DNA of 64,000 nucleotides from Amoebidium appalachense (GCA_963693365.1 CAVNZM010000010.1:6573794-6637793), one strand, 5' to 3'; counted from the first letter of the stretch, positions 1 to 62,499 are shown. Made by a program: numbers and translations. Notes: a model not told the origin generated them from the letters alone.

Positions 1-28
1 TGGTGGTGGTGGTGGTGGTGGTGGGGGT

Positions 29-75
<47 letters not shown>

Positions 76-178
76 CCTCATGAAGGTGAAAGTAGAGATT
101 CTGGTATGGTTGGTTCTTTCTACTGAAAATTGATAACAAAAGTGATGTGCTTTTTCTCCCTCTTCCACATTTGTTCAC

Positions 179-214
<36 letters not shown>

Positions 215-468
215 CACAACCACGTGCCTTTTTCCCCTTTCCACCATTTGTTGCCCCCCCCCCCCCCCCTCCCCCTCCCCCCCCCCCCCCCCCCCAAAAA
301 AAAACAACCCCCCCCCCCCCCCCCCCCACCACCACCACCACCACTCTGCTTGCCCACCCAAACACCCATCTCGTTTTACGTTTCCCCACCCAGTGGCATC
401 CCACACATCGGCTAGCCCCAGAAGCACAACCACACAGAGCAAGGTTAATCAAGAAACCTTATACACAG

Positions 469-494
469 ATTACTTGACCTTGGTCGCCACCTGA
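469..494 (+). CDS. Possible terminal exon (DYLTLVAT*) of a gene entering from the left edge
   Basis: Donor-like GTATGG at 104, a poly-C-rich interval like the other introns, acceptor ACACAG at 468, then an open frame to TGA at 492-494. No recognisable homology. Confidence 0.25.
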
Positions 495-2340
495 TATCTT
501 TATAGCAGCATAGTTGTGGTTAGTGTCTAGGCGTACTGACTGGTCTCTCATAACAGGGGCACATCTTGAGCATCCATTTTTGGCTACGGTGCTTGGTGTG
601 GGCCGCACCTTCATTTTCCTTTGTGATATCGTGCCGTCAACCAAAGCTCGGCAATATAGCTTTGTTTTCTGTGTTTCTGGCACACCGTCACCATTTTCGT
701 GCATAAACACAGACACACGCACACACACAAAAGCACACACAGACACGAAGGCACAGGGGTGCATGACACACGCAAACATACACACACACACACGTCCGCA
801 CGCCTCCGCGGACACACCCAGGCGCGCATGTGCACACACAGTGTCACACGGGACGAGATACACATAGGAGTACAAGAACAGCAAACATATGAGCATCAAC
901 AACCATAATACACATGCTTTATTCTTGCAATTATTTTTTCCCCTTTTTTTTCTAAAGGAAAAGCATCGATATATATTAGGTTTAAAGAGTTAAATTCTGG
1001 TTTCCTTGCATTGTTGTACTTTAATAACCGCTGGTATTTCTGGTATATTCTTCTCTGACAATACTTATGTGAATGGGGTCGGCAGCTCCGAGTTCGAAAA
1101 CAGTTGTTCATTAAAAAAATATTACATAGAAAAAATTACCTGTGCACGTAGGCAGCGGTAATTTTATCATTAGTGTAGTTGCCTGTTGAGGTTCTGTTTG
1201 TGATATAATGGGCGCTTGTACATTTTTAGCTGCAATAATTATTTCAATCTATGATAGACGCAGGAATATGATACACGCTGTTGATGTTGCTGCTTAGTCT
1301 GTACATAGTCGGGGCGGCAGCGCGAGTGCCCCCATGCAAGCTGATCATAAATAAATATAATTTAACCTACTGTACTTTCGTTTGTGATCCCGGCAATAAT
1401 ATGAGCTCACCTCCCTCCTTCCCTTCTTTCTTCCCTCTCCCATTCCCTCCAAAACTTTGATCCGTCTCTCCCAGCCTCCGGGTCAGTCCTTTCCCCTCTT
1501 TCTCTCCCTCCTTCCCCCTTCCCCCCGCCCTTTCTTCTCTAGCTCGATCTCTCCCTCACTCCCTCCGTCCCTCCCTCCCCTCCTCCGGTCCTCCTTCCCT
1601 CCCTCCTTCCTTCAAAAATTCCTTCCCCCCCTCCCCCCTCCCCCCCCCCCCCCCCCCCCTCCTTTCCTCTCTTTCTTCGGCCCTCCTTTCCTCTCTCTTC
1701 CTTTCCTCTCTTTGCCCAACCGTCTCGCCAGCTGTGCTTTGCCTTAAATCCAGCCGGCCTGAAGATACACAGGATGTAGTGGGTGTAGGCCAGCTGCGAC
1801 ACTGTACAGCTGTTGTGCCTCTCTTTGTGCAGCCCTCCTTTTGAATAGTTTGTGGGAGATACCAAGGGTAAAAACGGCTCGCCGGATTAGTCGATCTGAA
1901 ACCTTAGAAGCCATATACGGCTAATCAGAGATGAATAACTAATATCATTGGCTAAAAGCCATTTATTATTTTAGTCGCGGTTTTGCTTGAGCTGCGAGTG
2001 AATTGTAGAATTCGGCACAACGGCATGCGGTTTGCACGCAATCATATCGCTGTGTGGCACAGATAACAACGGTAGTACCTTTGCAACACTTATGAGGCTA
2101 AACATACACTTCCGCACTCATAGCGTTACACGCGAACAATTGTGTCTAGGGTCTGCCCCATTCAAAGGCAGATACACTGTCTCTGGCAGCTTGCATCATT
2201 AACTATAATCTCCACACCAATCCGTACCATCACCAGTGCGATCGTACTACTACAATAATACTAGGCGCATGCATCACACATAGCAATATTTCCGGTTCTT
2301 TCTTGCCCAGTGCCCGGGCAAGCAAAGAAGGGCACTGAGA

Positions 2341-18112
<15,772 letters not shown>

Positions 18113-19459
18113 GCTGCTGCAAATTCTTTTGTTTTTGGCAAGGTGCCTGCAAGTCTGTACATACGATTGTAAGTTGCTCTGTGCTTTGTAGGTACTTAAG
18201 TAACGTGAATGAAGGGTTAAGATAAACCAAATTGCACCCAAGCTGCAGGCTCGCTCTAAAAAGTAGTTTACGAATGTCCCTTATGCATTTTCTTTACGTT
18301 TTTTCTTTCGTATGATACGTTATTAGGAGGTTTAGTGTGGTATGCAAATTCCGTCACTGCATAATGTAGGCGGAGAACGCGTTTGCACACTTCAGCATAC
18401 ACACACATCCGCACACTTGAAATTAAAGTTATTATTACATTCACGCAGTTGTGTCGTACGTACTGCAGGGTTTAAAAAAACACTACAAAATACGGGCGCA
18501 TGTTGGTGGTGCTGGTAGTACTAAAGTGGAAAAGGTACGTAGGTTGGTACCACTCGAATATGAAATATCACTGATGATGCTATAATCATCGGGGTATATG
18601 CGGAAACTAGAGAGACTGGTACCACGCCCGGCAACGCCTCAGAAGAGAAAGTTTTGAAGAAAACTGGAAAAATGTATTCAAATTGTGTATTCTTGGTGGG
18701 CTGTGCAGGCGAGTGCTGGTCACGCAAGCATACGGTTGTGTTGCGTCATACGCCCTTTGAATGATGCGGGCGAAACGCAATGCGCCCGATTTGGTGCTGA
18801 TAAAAAACACTTGCCAAATTAGGCAAACGGCTCACAACCCCATTGGCTAGCCGCCGTCACTCGGCCAGTACACTTCGACGGACTCACACACACACAGGTG
18901 ACAAGCAAACTGACTTGAACTGTAATAGGAACTCATAGCGAAAAAACACGGATTTCTCGCTACTGAGGGTTAGGTATTGGCATTGAGCTTTACTCAATTC
19001 ATAGAAAGTATAAAACAAGCACTTTTTATTGCTGGGTTTTACGAAGAAGGAGGCACTAACGTGCAAGGATTCGACCAAAAGTACTGAAGGTTTCAACCCC
19101 ACAACGCTACGGGCGGACGCAAATATGTCGGTGGTGCTTCTGGCTTGAATTGTGTGTCTGTGCGTCAGACACCAGTCCAAGCGAGTAGTGCGTGTGCTTT
19201 TGGGCATACACCACCAAACCCACTCAGTTGCTGTTAACTTGAAAGGAAGTGTGGTGCCTGGGAGGGAGGGAGTGATCCCTATAGCTCGACATTTCTTTAT
19301 TAGCCGATTGAACGGCCTGCGGTATTTCTCAGTTCATCCCTTTAATATAGTCGAATCAGGCGAAGTTTTGATTTAGCTAAATAACGATTTGACAAAATTC
19401 CGAATAGGAAAGCGTCTTTTTGAACATCTATAGCTGCATTCGATGCCGTGTTTGTGGAC

Positions 19460-49574
<30,115 letters not shown>

Positions 49575-50334
49575 GCCTGCCAAAATGATCTTTTCATGTC
49601 ACCAATAACACCGTGTCTATTTACACAAGGTATTTATGGTTAATGCGTGTGCAGTAGTGCAAACGATGCCTATGAGGAATGCTGCATAGTGTTTACCTTT
49701 AAAGATGTATACCTTGATATCTTTTTCTTGAGTGGAGAGTTGAGAGATGTTATTCTGGATGGAAAGAAAAGAAGCAAGAATTGCACTTTTCAAATGCTAT
49801 TGAGCTCGTGTGCCTGTGAATGTGAGAAGTTGGTTTGGTGGCGCAGAGGTGGTTGCGGTGATCTGATGTGTATGTGTGCGTCTTTCTGGTGGTGGCGAGA
49901 GGGTGGTGGTGTTGTTGTGGGTGGGCGGGTGTGTGTGTGTGTGTGTGGCGAGGGGGGGGGGGGGGGGGGGGGGAGGAAGGGGGGAGGAGGGGGGGAGGGG
50001 GAGGGGGGGCTTTTTCTGCTTCCCTTTGAACCTATGTAATGGCAGTACCTTTTCGTTAAATGCGGGTTGCAGCCTTTCGTAGTTCGTAGTGTTAAGAGAA
50101 GCATGCATGTTGTGCTCAAAACATGATGTATGTACTCTTTGGCCTCGGATTTTGATTTTGTTTTCCTTAGTGTGTGTTGAAGTGTTTTTTTTTTTTTGGT
50201 TTTTTTTTTTTTTTTTTTTTTTGGGGGGGGGGGGGGGGGATGTAGTTTGTATGAAAAATGGAACTGATACCCATGGTCTAGTAAGCTGATGATAAGCATG
50301 CGCGTATGATTGGCTTGTAAGCTGAAAATCATTG

Positions 50335-50510
50335 CAGATACCACTGTATTGAATCGCCTACTACAGAGTTAGAAAAAATCGATATAATTATAATTCACTG
50401 GGTTTATAGTTGAAACTGCGAGAGAGAAAAAAAAGAGGACAAAAAAACAGGGGGCCACTTATAAACTAGTCTACTACACTGTAGTAGGCGATTCAATACA
50501 GTGGTATCTG
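50335..50510. mobile_element. 176-bp MITE-like element with perfect 32-bp inverted repeats
   Basis: CAGATACCACTGTATTGAATCGCCTACTACAG (50335-50366) is the exact reverse complement of 50479-50510; AT-rich 112-nt interior; no clear external TSD. Confidence 0.7.
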
Positions 50511-50862
50511 GCTGCTTTTTAATTTACATGTTGATGAGACATGTGTCATTGTTTGCAAAGGATGTTTTCTGATAGATGGCTGTTCGGTAACGTGTTGTTA
50601 AATCGGCTAACTTCAATAAAGAATGTCTCACCGTTCGAGATACGATGTGTTGCTGTGTCGTGAATTCGAATGCACAGCGGCATATACACTGTGACATACA
50701 TACTAAACCCATGCTTGTGATCATGGCTGCCACAAGGTGTCTCCTTAATGTTGCCGCAAGGTTATTATTATGATCTGGGATCCGGACGTATTTGTGTGTG
50801 TGTGTGTGCGCGCGTGTGTGCGTGTGCAGTGTGTGTGTGTGTGTAAGTTGTGTGTGTGTGGT

Positions 50863-50900
<38 letters not shown>

Positions 50901-51020
50901 TGCCCCACTATTGAAACCGTTGATTTGCCTTGGCACAGTGCCCTGGCTCATGCGCAGGTCACCTGTTTGAATTCGAATTCCATGATGAACTTCAAGTTTG
51001 GCCCCACGGCCCACTTAGTA

Positions 51021-52989
<1,969 letters not shown>

Positions 52990-53839
52990 TAGTTCATGGA
53001 GCTGCATGCAAGACTCAGACGGCATCAAAGTTTCCCATAATGCACACATTAGCAGTACAACTGGAGCAAGTGGGGACGTACTACTATATTATCCCCGCGC
53101 ACACTAGGCCTATAGCCTCACACTGAGAACATGTACAACAATCGTACAGTGCATGTGGAATGCATGGCGGCCCAGCTTGGGATCCGACACGGCGCGGCTA
53201 AAACAAGTACTACGAAATACTCAGTGGGCTAGCACTTGTGATTACTGCTGGGCGAAGCCCCTCCATGTATACATACAGACATACAGGGATATATGCATGA
53301 CATTGGGCACATGTATGGGATGTGCCCTTTCGAAAAGTTCAAACCCCTCACTCAAGTTCACCGTGGGCCAAGTTGTTCATCCTCGATCGCGGGTCCGGCA
53401 GTTGCAGTCAGACAACGTAACAACGTTCACCAAATATGGCAATATTCTAGAACAGTGGGTGCGCCAGAAGCCAACCAGATGTTTCCAAAAGTAGCCAATC
53501 CAAAAAGGCTTTACCACCGAACCAATCAGCAACAGCAGTACGAAAGTACTGCTTCGGCAAAGTACGTACTGGTCACTTTGACCTTGTACGTGTGGGCTGA
53601 TACTACACAGTACACACCCAAAATTTGCTATAGATATTTATATCACTAATGCTGTGTACCTGTGTATGTGCACTGAAATTTGAAGCGTAAAGTTCTAAAA
53701 GTGGAGAATCATACTGTGGAAGCCAACAGTACCGTGACATACCAGGACAAAACGCTTGCAGAGTAAATACCTGACTTTAATCAAATCAGATGTTTGCGGA
53801 ATTTTCCAAAAGCCCGTAGAAAGCACTAGGGTGCATTAC

Positions 53840-53941
53840 CCAATCATATTCCTTGACTCTTCCGAAAAACTACCGGTTAGAAGTCGCCATATGATTGGTC
53901 GTTTCATCTTTTGGCGGCTGACGCCACGGTGGGTATAAAAA
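53840..53941 (+). promoter_or_regulatory. Putative core promoter of the SLC13-like gene (CCAAT boxes and TATAAAA)
   Basis: CCAATCA near 53840, reverse CCAAT (ATTGG) near 53894 and TATAAAA at 53934-53940, ~300 nt upstream of the ATG at 54234. Confidence 0.4.
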
Positions 53942-54233
53942 GCACCCAAAGAAGGCAAAGTGACTCGCAAATTGTTTTCGTTTTGTCAGCATAGCAACAC
54001 GAACAACAAGTACTTGTTCAAACTCCACTCATTCTGCTTGGTTTTATTTTTATCCATATAAGAGCGTTCGCTATATCTTCGACGGACGACCTATAGTTTT
54101 GGCATTATAAGGTTGCGTTTTTGAAGAATCTTTATACTCCCTTTCCCTTTCATTTGGATCTGGTGTCAGGATCTGACCTATCCACACTCTACATATTTGG
54201 CCACAAGAAACCCGACGGGGGACGGCCTCTAAA

Positions 54234-55172
54234 ATGACAGAGTAAGTGCTACCGTTTCCTGTGGTGATTACTTTTGCATGTTGTCACGTTTTCCTCGGCT
54301 TTTTGGCTCATGCTTTCAGGACCCCATCTCAGATTAAGGCATGGCGCATTGTGCCATCTTCCCCAGGGTTTCTCTCCCCTTGCCCCGCCTCCCCCCCCCC
54401 CCCCCCCCACCCACCCACCCACCCCCACCCACCTCCCTCCCTCCCCTCTTCCTTCCCTTCTCCCCTCCTTTCCCCATCCCCTCTCCCTCGAGCTCGGCAG
54501 ATCTATTACCTTTCTTTATGTGACATGCATATTAACACGCATTCTACAGGGTGACATGGAAAATGTACTTCACCCTTGCGGTGCTGCTGCTCGAAGTGGC
54601 TGCTTTTGCCACCAACAAGATACGACTGGACGTGACCGTGCTTTTGGGCTGCTATGCGCTCGTTGTTGCGAAGGTGGTAACGTCTAAAGAAGCTCTTGCC
54701 GGGTTCGGTGATTCCACAACGATGATGATTACAAGCACGTTTGTGCTGGGCATGGGCATCCAGAAGTCAGGGATGGCTGACGAGATCGCCATGGTGCTGA
54801 AGAAAGGGACCATGGGCAAGCAGTGGCTGTTTGTGCTCGAGCTGATGGTCATTGCTGCAGGACTGTCTGCCTTTATGGTAGGTTACTTACACTTGCTTTC
54901 CAAACGCTTGAATTTTTGGGGCATGGATGCCCGCTTACCGGCACAGAGCAGAACTTAATTATAGGTTCGCATCCCCACTGCTGTAGCATAATAATTGAGC
55001 GTGGTTTCTGAGATATCGCCACACAAACTTTGGGTACCGCGGGCACCGGAGCTAGCGCCATAGCTGATACCAAATGCCAAATTTTGAATCTACCCTCTGT
55101 GTGCTGGTCATTATGGGCATGATAAGAGCTGTGTACTGTGTACCCGTGTTCCCCCCCCCCCCCCTCCCCCCC

Positions 55173-55216
<44 letters not shown>

Positions 55217-57551
55217 GAAGTTGCTTCATTATCTGGCAGCCTAGAGTTCTGTCATTTTGTCATCTCCGAGTCGGACTGCTATGTGGCAATCTTGCTAACC
55301 CATTCCATTTACAGTCCAACACAGGCACGGTAGCCATCATGCTCCCCATCGTCCTCAGCACCATCAAGGAGTGTGGCTGGCAGAAGAGGCCCTTTTTGAT
55401 GGCCCTGGCCTTTGCCTCCTCCCTTGGCGGCTGCCTAACCATCATAGGTACCCCCCCAAATATGGTAGTGAACGACTACCTCATTGAAAGCACCGGCAAG
55501 GGTCTTTCCTTCTTTGGGTTTGCCCCCATCGGCATCGTGTGCCTGATAATCGGTGTAATCTACATGTTGTTTGTGGGCAAGTGGATCCTTATCATGACCA
55601 CCCCCAAAACAATTAGCTCCCGCTCCAATTCTGACGAAACGGTTGGTGATACCATGTCTCTCTCTGCTGTCAACAATATAGACTCGGCGGCCGGAACAAG
55701 CCAGGTGAAAATGATGCTTGGAGGTAAAGGGGAAGAAGAATTTGCTGATCGGTCGGTGGCCGGCAGCGAAGATGAGGCGTATGTTCTGGTTGCGGTTGTG
55801 GTAAGCGGCAGCAAGATTTGCGGCAAACGGTTTTGCGATATTGGGTTACACTCCCAGTATGCGGTCACAGTTTTGGCAACAGGCAGTTCGTCCGGAGATG
55901 TGGCTTCGGTGGATTTCGGCGGTAGACTCGAAGCCGGAGACCGGTTGTATATTCGGGGAGGCAGTGGGGAAATTGCGAAATTTGAGACTGCCTGCGCCAT
56001 TGACGTCGACATAATTTCAAGAACCTCCGCCCCTGAAGACGCCGTTTTGTTCAGACCCCGAGGCACGGTGGTTCCTTCCGATTTTAACGCCAAGAAGATC
56101 TCCCTTGATGTGGAACAGGGTGCTCCATCCGCATCCGACGTCTACGTTATTTCGGGCAAACAGGCGAAGGAGGCAGGGCAATCGGGTGAAGTTTTAGGCG
56201 CGGGATTTGTGTCAGCAATGAAGCAACTCAAACTGACGGCGTACTTTGCTGTTCTTTCCATGGTGTTCGTTGTGGTGTTTATGTTCTTCGAAGACATTAT
56301 TCCCAACGTGACGGTGATGATGCTGGGTGCCACCCTCATGTGCATTCTCGGCTGCATGACTGCGGCTGAGGCCTACAAGTCCATCCACTGGGAGAGTGTT
56401 GTGCTGATTGCTGTACGTGCCCCCCCCCCCCCCCCCCCCCCCCCCCTTCCTCCCCTCCGCCCCCCCTTTCCCCCTCAATGTGTGTAATCTTAGTTGGCTT
56501 TCTATACCTTTTCTTCTCGCACGATCTTTGCACCGTACAGTACATCAACACGCTCCAGGACTCCCTCCCTTCACCCCCTTGTCCCATAGATAAGCTTTTG
56601 CCCACGATTCTACTTTCTAGCTGTGCAGCACATACATTGACGACCCCACAACCATAACCACTGCAGATCACCCCCTCTCTCCTCCTTCCCCCTTCCCCCC
56701 TCTCCCCCCCCCCCCCCCCCCCCCCCCCGCTTTCTCCTCTAGGCACAACCTTTTGCCCCGTTGTCCACCGCTTCCATCAACACCATCTCTACATCCTGCT
56801 CTATATTATGCATATGCTCGTGCACACACACACACGCACGTGTGCACGCATACATACAGAAGCACACACACACACACACATCACGTGAGACACAATCACA
56901 AAACTTTGAAAACGCTGCTCAAGCAATATGCACACATTCCCACGTCAGCCTCCTTTGCGGCATAACACACACACACACAAAACAAATAATCCAAACCCCC
57001 CACTTACCACCTACCTGCACCCACAGGGAATGATCCCCATGTCCACAGCACTGCAGAAGACCGGTGCCATTGCCATTGTTGTTGATGCACTGGGTCGGCT
57101 GGGCACCACTACCTCCCCCCTGGTGGTCCTGACTGTACTGTTCCTGATTGCTGCCATCCTCACACAGGTATTTGCCCTCCACACTGACTTACACCATACA
57201 TCGTTATTTGCATTTGCTTACTCTCCCCCAATTCACTACATTGACCTAATGTCATCTCCCTGACCCACAAAGAGCCACACACCCAGGACTGACCATAACA
57301 TAGCCCCATAATCAAGACCTTTTTTAGCCCAAACAACATTATCATGACTTTCCCGACTGCCCAGCCCTTCACATCCCGCTTTCCGTGACCCCACGCCTTC
57401 TACCTGTGCTCCCTCTACTGTCCAACCACCTAAATAAGACACATTCCCAAAGACTAACAAAACCAATCTTCACCAAATCAATAAACATATCACAATACCC
57501 CGCAATCTCATGTATGCTGATCATCACCCCCCCCCCCCCCCCCCCCTCCCC

Positions 57552-57582
<31 letters not shown>

Positions 57583-57886
57583 AAACAAACAAAAAAAAAC
57601 AAAAAAAAACAAACAGGTGATTTCCAACACAGCCACAGCTATCCTCATTGCCCCCGTTGCAGCCCAATGCGCAGCCTCTCTCAGTGTGTCCCCAACTCCA
57701 TTCCTGGTTGGTTTGGCTATTGCCGCATCGTGCGCGTTTATGACCCCGGTGGGAAGCCCCGTAAACGTGTTGGTTATGGCACCCGGCCAGTATAGTTTTA
57801 TGGATTTTGTGGTCACGGGAACACTGCTGCAGGTTGTGTTGTTTGCCGTTACCATAGCACTGGTTCCTGTTATTTATCCGTTTTAG
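54234..57886 (+). CDS. SLC13/DASS-family permease (bacterial YfbS-like / algal SLT-like) with central TrkA-C-like domain; 5 exons, ~614 aa
   Basis: Exons 54234-54241 (ATGACAGA|GTAAGT), 54550-54877, 55315-56412, 57027-57167, 57617-57886 (1845 nt, in frame). Motifs NKIRLD, EALAGFG, FMSNTG, GGCLTIIGTPPN, VISNTATA, FMTPVGSPVN; TrkA-C-like VVSGSKICGK...LEAGDRLYIRG. Confidence 0.9.
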
Positions 57887-58665
57887 TTGCGATCAATGGT
57901 GTGGTTTTATTGGATGGAGGCTATCTACCTTTTTCCAAGTTCATCGTATGGTGGTCATTATGCTGGTTTCTGCTATTTATTCACTCTGGTGCTATTACTA
58001 AGTCGGGCTTCTATCGGCCGAAACATTATAGCGGTTTGTAATTCTTCATTTTATGGTCAATAGAACGACCCTTTTTTAATGACTCTATGATACCATGTAT
58101 GCTGTATTGAGCTTTTTAATATAAAGCCGGATTGAGTGTCCAATTTCAGTCACACCAGGTTTAATCCCAGGCATCAACACCATATTCTGCATAAGTTTAG
58201 CTTAGGAGCCAAACAAAGTAGAACCCAATCAAAACACGTCATTAGTAATATTCATGCTTAACCTTAACCTTACATTAAAATATATGTGCACACTGGTGTT
58301 GAGAATAGTCTTTATTGATGTATAGACTGCAGCTGGCCTGCGGCGTCCATTTGCCTGGTGCATTATGGAGAATATACATTCAATTTGTAGTTTTATCTTG
58401 AAGTTGCGCAAAGAGCCCCTAAACACAACCCTTCGCCCATCCATACCTTCGCTTCCTCGCCCGAGGCTCTCCCCGGTCTTCCTCAACCCCCCCCCTCCCC
58501 CCCGCTGGCCCCCTCCCTCTCCCTTCCGCAATTACTGCTATCACCATCACCACAGGCACACAAACACACAAAACACACCCACTCACATTCTAGAGACACT
58601 AGACACATAGTCGTCGACATACACACACACAGACACAACCACATGTACGGACACAACTTGCACGC

Positions 58666-58734
<69 letters not shown>

Positions 58735-59028
58735 CTATTTAGGCACCTGGTGGGGGCTTGGGGCTTTAAAAAGGCTAATCCCCACCCCTCCAACTCCATA
58801 CCATGCAAAACCGTTCACCCCTTCTATCCCTTCTTCAAGACTAGGCAAAAGAAAAAAGCATGTGCATAAAATGGAAAAAGGAGAGGAAAACGTTCTGGAT
58901 GAGGGACACCAGTCTCGACACTGTAGAATTAACACGTGCCACCACCACTACCGGCCACACACGCACACGCACAAACACGCGGGCACACACACACACACAC
59001 ACACGCACACAACACACGCACGTATGCA

Positions 59029-59029
59029 T

Positions 59030-59112
<83 letters not shown>
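59029..59112. repeat. (CACG)n tetranucleotide array within a CA-rich block
   Basis: Direct reading. Confidence 0.9.
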
Positions 59113-59146
59113 CATACGCATTCACATACACAACACACATGCACAC

Positions 59147-59199
<53 letters not shown>

Positions 59200-59262
59200 G
59201 CACACGCGCACGCGCACGCGAACGCACGAACGCACCCACGCACCCACGCACGCACGCATATA

Positions 59263-59295
<33 letters not shown>

Positions 59296-59643
59296 TGTCT
59301 TGAGAAGCCTTTTTCACCTCCCCTTCCACCCCCCCCCCCCCTCCCCCCCCCCCCTATGTGACTCTTGGCAACACGACAGAAACACGCTCAAACTCGTACA
59401 AGCACTGCACATGTGGAATTATGCTCTTTTTTGTTGTTTCGATTCGTTCCCCTTACCCCTCCACACAATACGTACACATACAAGCACTCCGTACAAGCAC
59501 CCGGCCAATGCATACACATACAAGCACCCTCCCCAATACATACACACACAAGCACTTTCTCGAATACCTAAACGTACAAGCACCCTTACCAATTCCCCCC
59601 TTTTCACTTCCCACTTCCTGGATTTCTGTTCCTCCCCCTCCCC

Positions 59644-59689
<46 letters not shown>

Positions 59690-59963
59690 AAAACTCCCCC
59701 CTTAGAGTACTGTTCATGACTTGGGCACCCCTGATGATAGGCTTTAGCTGTTATGCATACTTTTTTGTGTATGCTCACAATATCCGTATTGTGTTGACCC
59801 ATGCGCACTGTGCACGCTGGCGCATTATACCCCCCCCCCCCCCCCCCCCCCCCCCCTCCCCCCCCCCTACCGACCCAACCACCCACTCCCACCCCTACAC
59901 CAAGGCTATTCAGGGCACATCTTCGCCCTCCCTCCCCCCCTCCCCCCTCCCCCCCCTCCCCTC

Positions 59964-59996
<33 letters not shown>

Positions 59997-60016
59997 ACAC
60001 ACACACCCACCCCCAT

Positions 60017-60051
<35 letters not shown>

Positions 60052-61597
60052 ATCCCCACCACCCCCCCCCCCCCCCCCCCCCCCCCACCCCCCAAAAAAA
60101 AAGAAAAAGAAAAAGGCTAGAAAAAAGAACACCACCATCTTACCACCCTACCGTGCTGCACGCAGCACCCACCACCAACGCAAGACTATACGTATCGGCA
60201 GGAGACTTTGCCTCAGGGAAATCACCCTCCCACCCGTATACTGGACCATCACACCCGAGCTCGAGATACTCAATATGATTAATGGCCAATCTGCCTGTAT
60301 GTATGTCCGAGTTTTTCTTTCTCAGTTATATATGGATGTACGAGTATATATGGAAACCTGGTTGTAGGATATTCCAGATATTCCAACCAGACCCCCACAC
60401 AAAACAAAAACACAAAAACCACAAACATAGAGCTGCCACCCGTATAATTTGGAAAAAAACGAGCCACAATTATAGCACAAGCCCCCCACCCCCCTCACAC
60501 CTTGCGGGCATGTGCCATATGCAGACTACGCCCCAGAAAGTAGAGTGCGACCCAGAACACCTAAATTGACAAATAGCAGCCACCACCACCCTACACGACA
60601 TGGGCACCACACCCCCCACCACCCTAACCCCCACAGCCCCACAACACCACGCTAGACTCCCCTCGCCCAACCGGGGAAATTTCGTGACCGGACCCCCCTA
60701 AGGTTGGGATTTTTTGAAGATTAGCACAAGCTCCCCTAGTCTGTTTGCAGATTATCTAATGATCGTTCTACCAGGTCTGTTTGGCGGGCTCAGTCTCAGA
60801 AACTAGGTATTTAGGTCTTCTGGGCCGGTACCCACCAAACGGCAGCAGTGCTAAATATGACCTTAATAAAAGGTTCACAATTAAAACACACACAAATACA
60901 TCAGGACGAGCGCATACACAGTGACACGCGCTTGTGTATAAACCGAGAGCGTCACGCATACAGACAGGCAGACATGCAGCATGGTGCAATCGTGTGCACT
61001 GTCTCTTTCGTTCGAAAACATGGTGTTCCACACATACACCGTATGATAATCCCGGAGGTACCTTGCGGCCACACACACCCCCAGAGCCATTTGAGAATCT
61101 TTGTAATGAGTATATCATTGTGGCCGAAATGATATCGACGATTTTGTTTTCTGCTTTATTTAATTTTCAGGTTCACCTTATGTACATCATTTCTTTAGGG
61201 GGAGGGAGGGGGAGGGGAGGGGGGGGGGGGGGGGAGGGGGGGGGGGGGGGGGAGGGGAGGGGGGGGGGCATTTTGTCAACTTGGAGATTCGGGTATAATT
61301 TCAACAAAAATTAACGAGGTATTGGCTCGAACTGGGTGGGTATGGCCCAGTGTATGGGGTGGGGTGTGTGGGTGGGGTGACATGGGCGTGTGGGGCACTG
61401 TGGGTGTGTGGGGGTGGGGTGGGGGAGGGAGGGGAGGGGGGGGGGGGGGGGGGAGTCCTGGAGAGACGAGATTATGTGCCAGGCTGACTGCATGTGAGAA
61501 GAGAATGCACCACGTATTCCTCCGTCCCTTCCGCATCCCCCCCCCCCCCCCCCCCTGCCCCCCGCCCCCCGCCCCCCGCCTTCCCAAAAAACACATG

Positions 61598-61646
<49 letters not shown>

Positions 61647-61658
61647 CACACACATACA

Positions 61659-61728
<70 letters not shown>

Positions 61729-61984
61729 ATTATGGGGAGGCGGTGTCGGACAGACATACATGGTACACTATCTCTTGCCTCCCCCCCCCCCCCCCCCCCC
61801 CCCCCCCCACTTCCCCATCTCACCCTGTGGCAGCAGGCCTGACCCTCCCTCCCCACCCACTTTAACCCCTTGGACATATACCCTTGTTTTCATTATCAAA
61901 TTAAAAGTTTAGGAGGATGCTGGATATGATTTGGGCCAAAAAGCAACCCAACCGCACCTTGTGAATTCGAATACACAGAAATAC

Positions 61985-62047
<63 letters not shown>

Positions 62048-62318
62048 ACTTTCCTTATACTGCCCTGACACTTAACACCCATGTAGCACGTGTGCGCACG
62101 CACAAACCCGCACAAACGCAAATTGTGGCACACACGTGTCCGGCACACATCATAATATCACACACAGCTGCAACAACCAGACACACACTGGTACACACAC
62201 ACATACACATGCACACCTCCCTGACACACACTGCCACATCACAACCACCCACCCACCCACCCACCCACACATGCACACACACTTCACTTACGCAGCACAC
62301 AGAGACACGAAAATTTTG

Positions 62319-62360
<42 letters not shown>

Positions 62361-62450
62361 CACACACACACACACACACACGCACACACACACGCACGCA
62401 CACACACACACACACACACGCGCACACGCACGCGCACACACACACATGCA

Positions 62451-62499
<49 letters not shown>

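Noticed and set aside
18884-19376. Short ORFs between CLC and GCN2
   Set aside because: No recognisable motifs or splice structure; probably promoter or UTR sequence.
53853-53967. Two TGACTC (Gcn4/AP-1-like) hexamers upstream of the transporter next to GCN2
   Set aside because: Hexamers are expected by chance and neither is the full TGACTCA; there is no evidence for a functional link among the three genes.
55560-56093. 177-aa antisense ORF
   Set aside because: Shadow frame of the large SLC13 exon.
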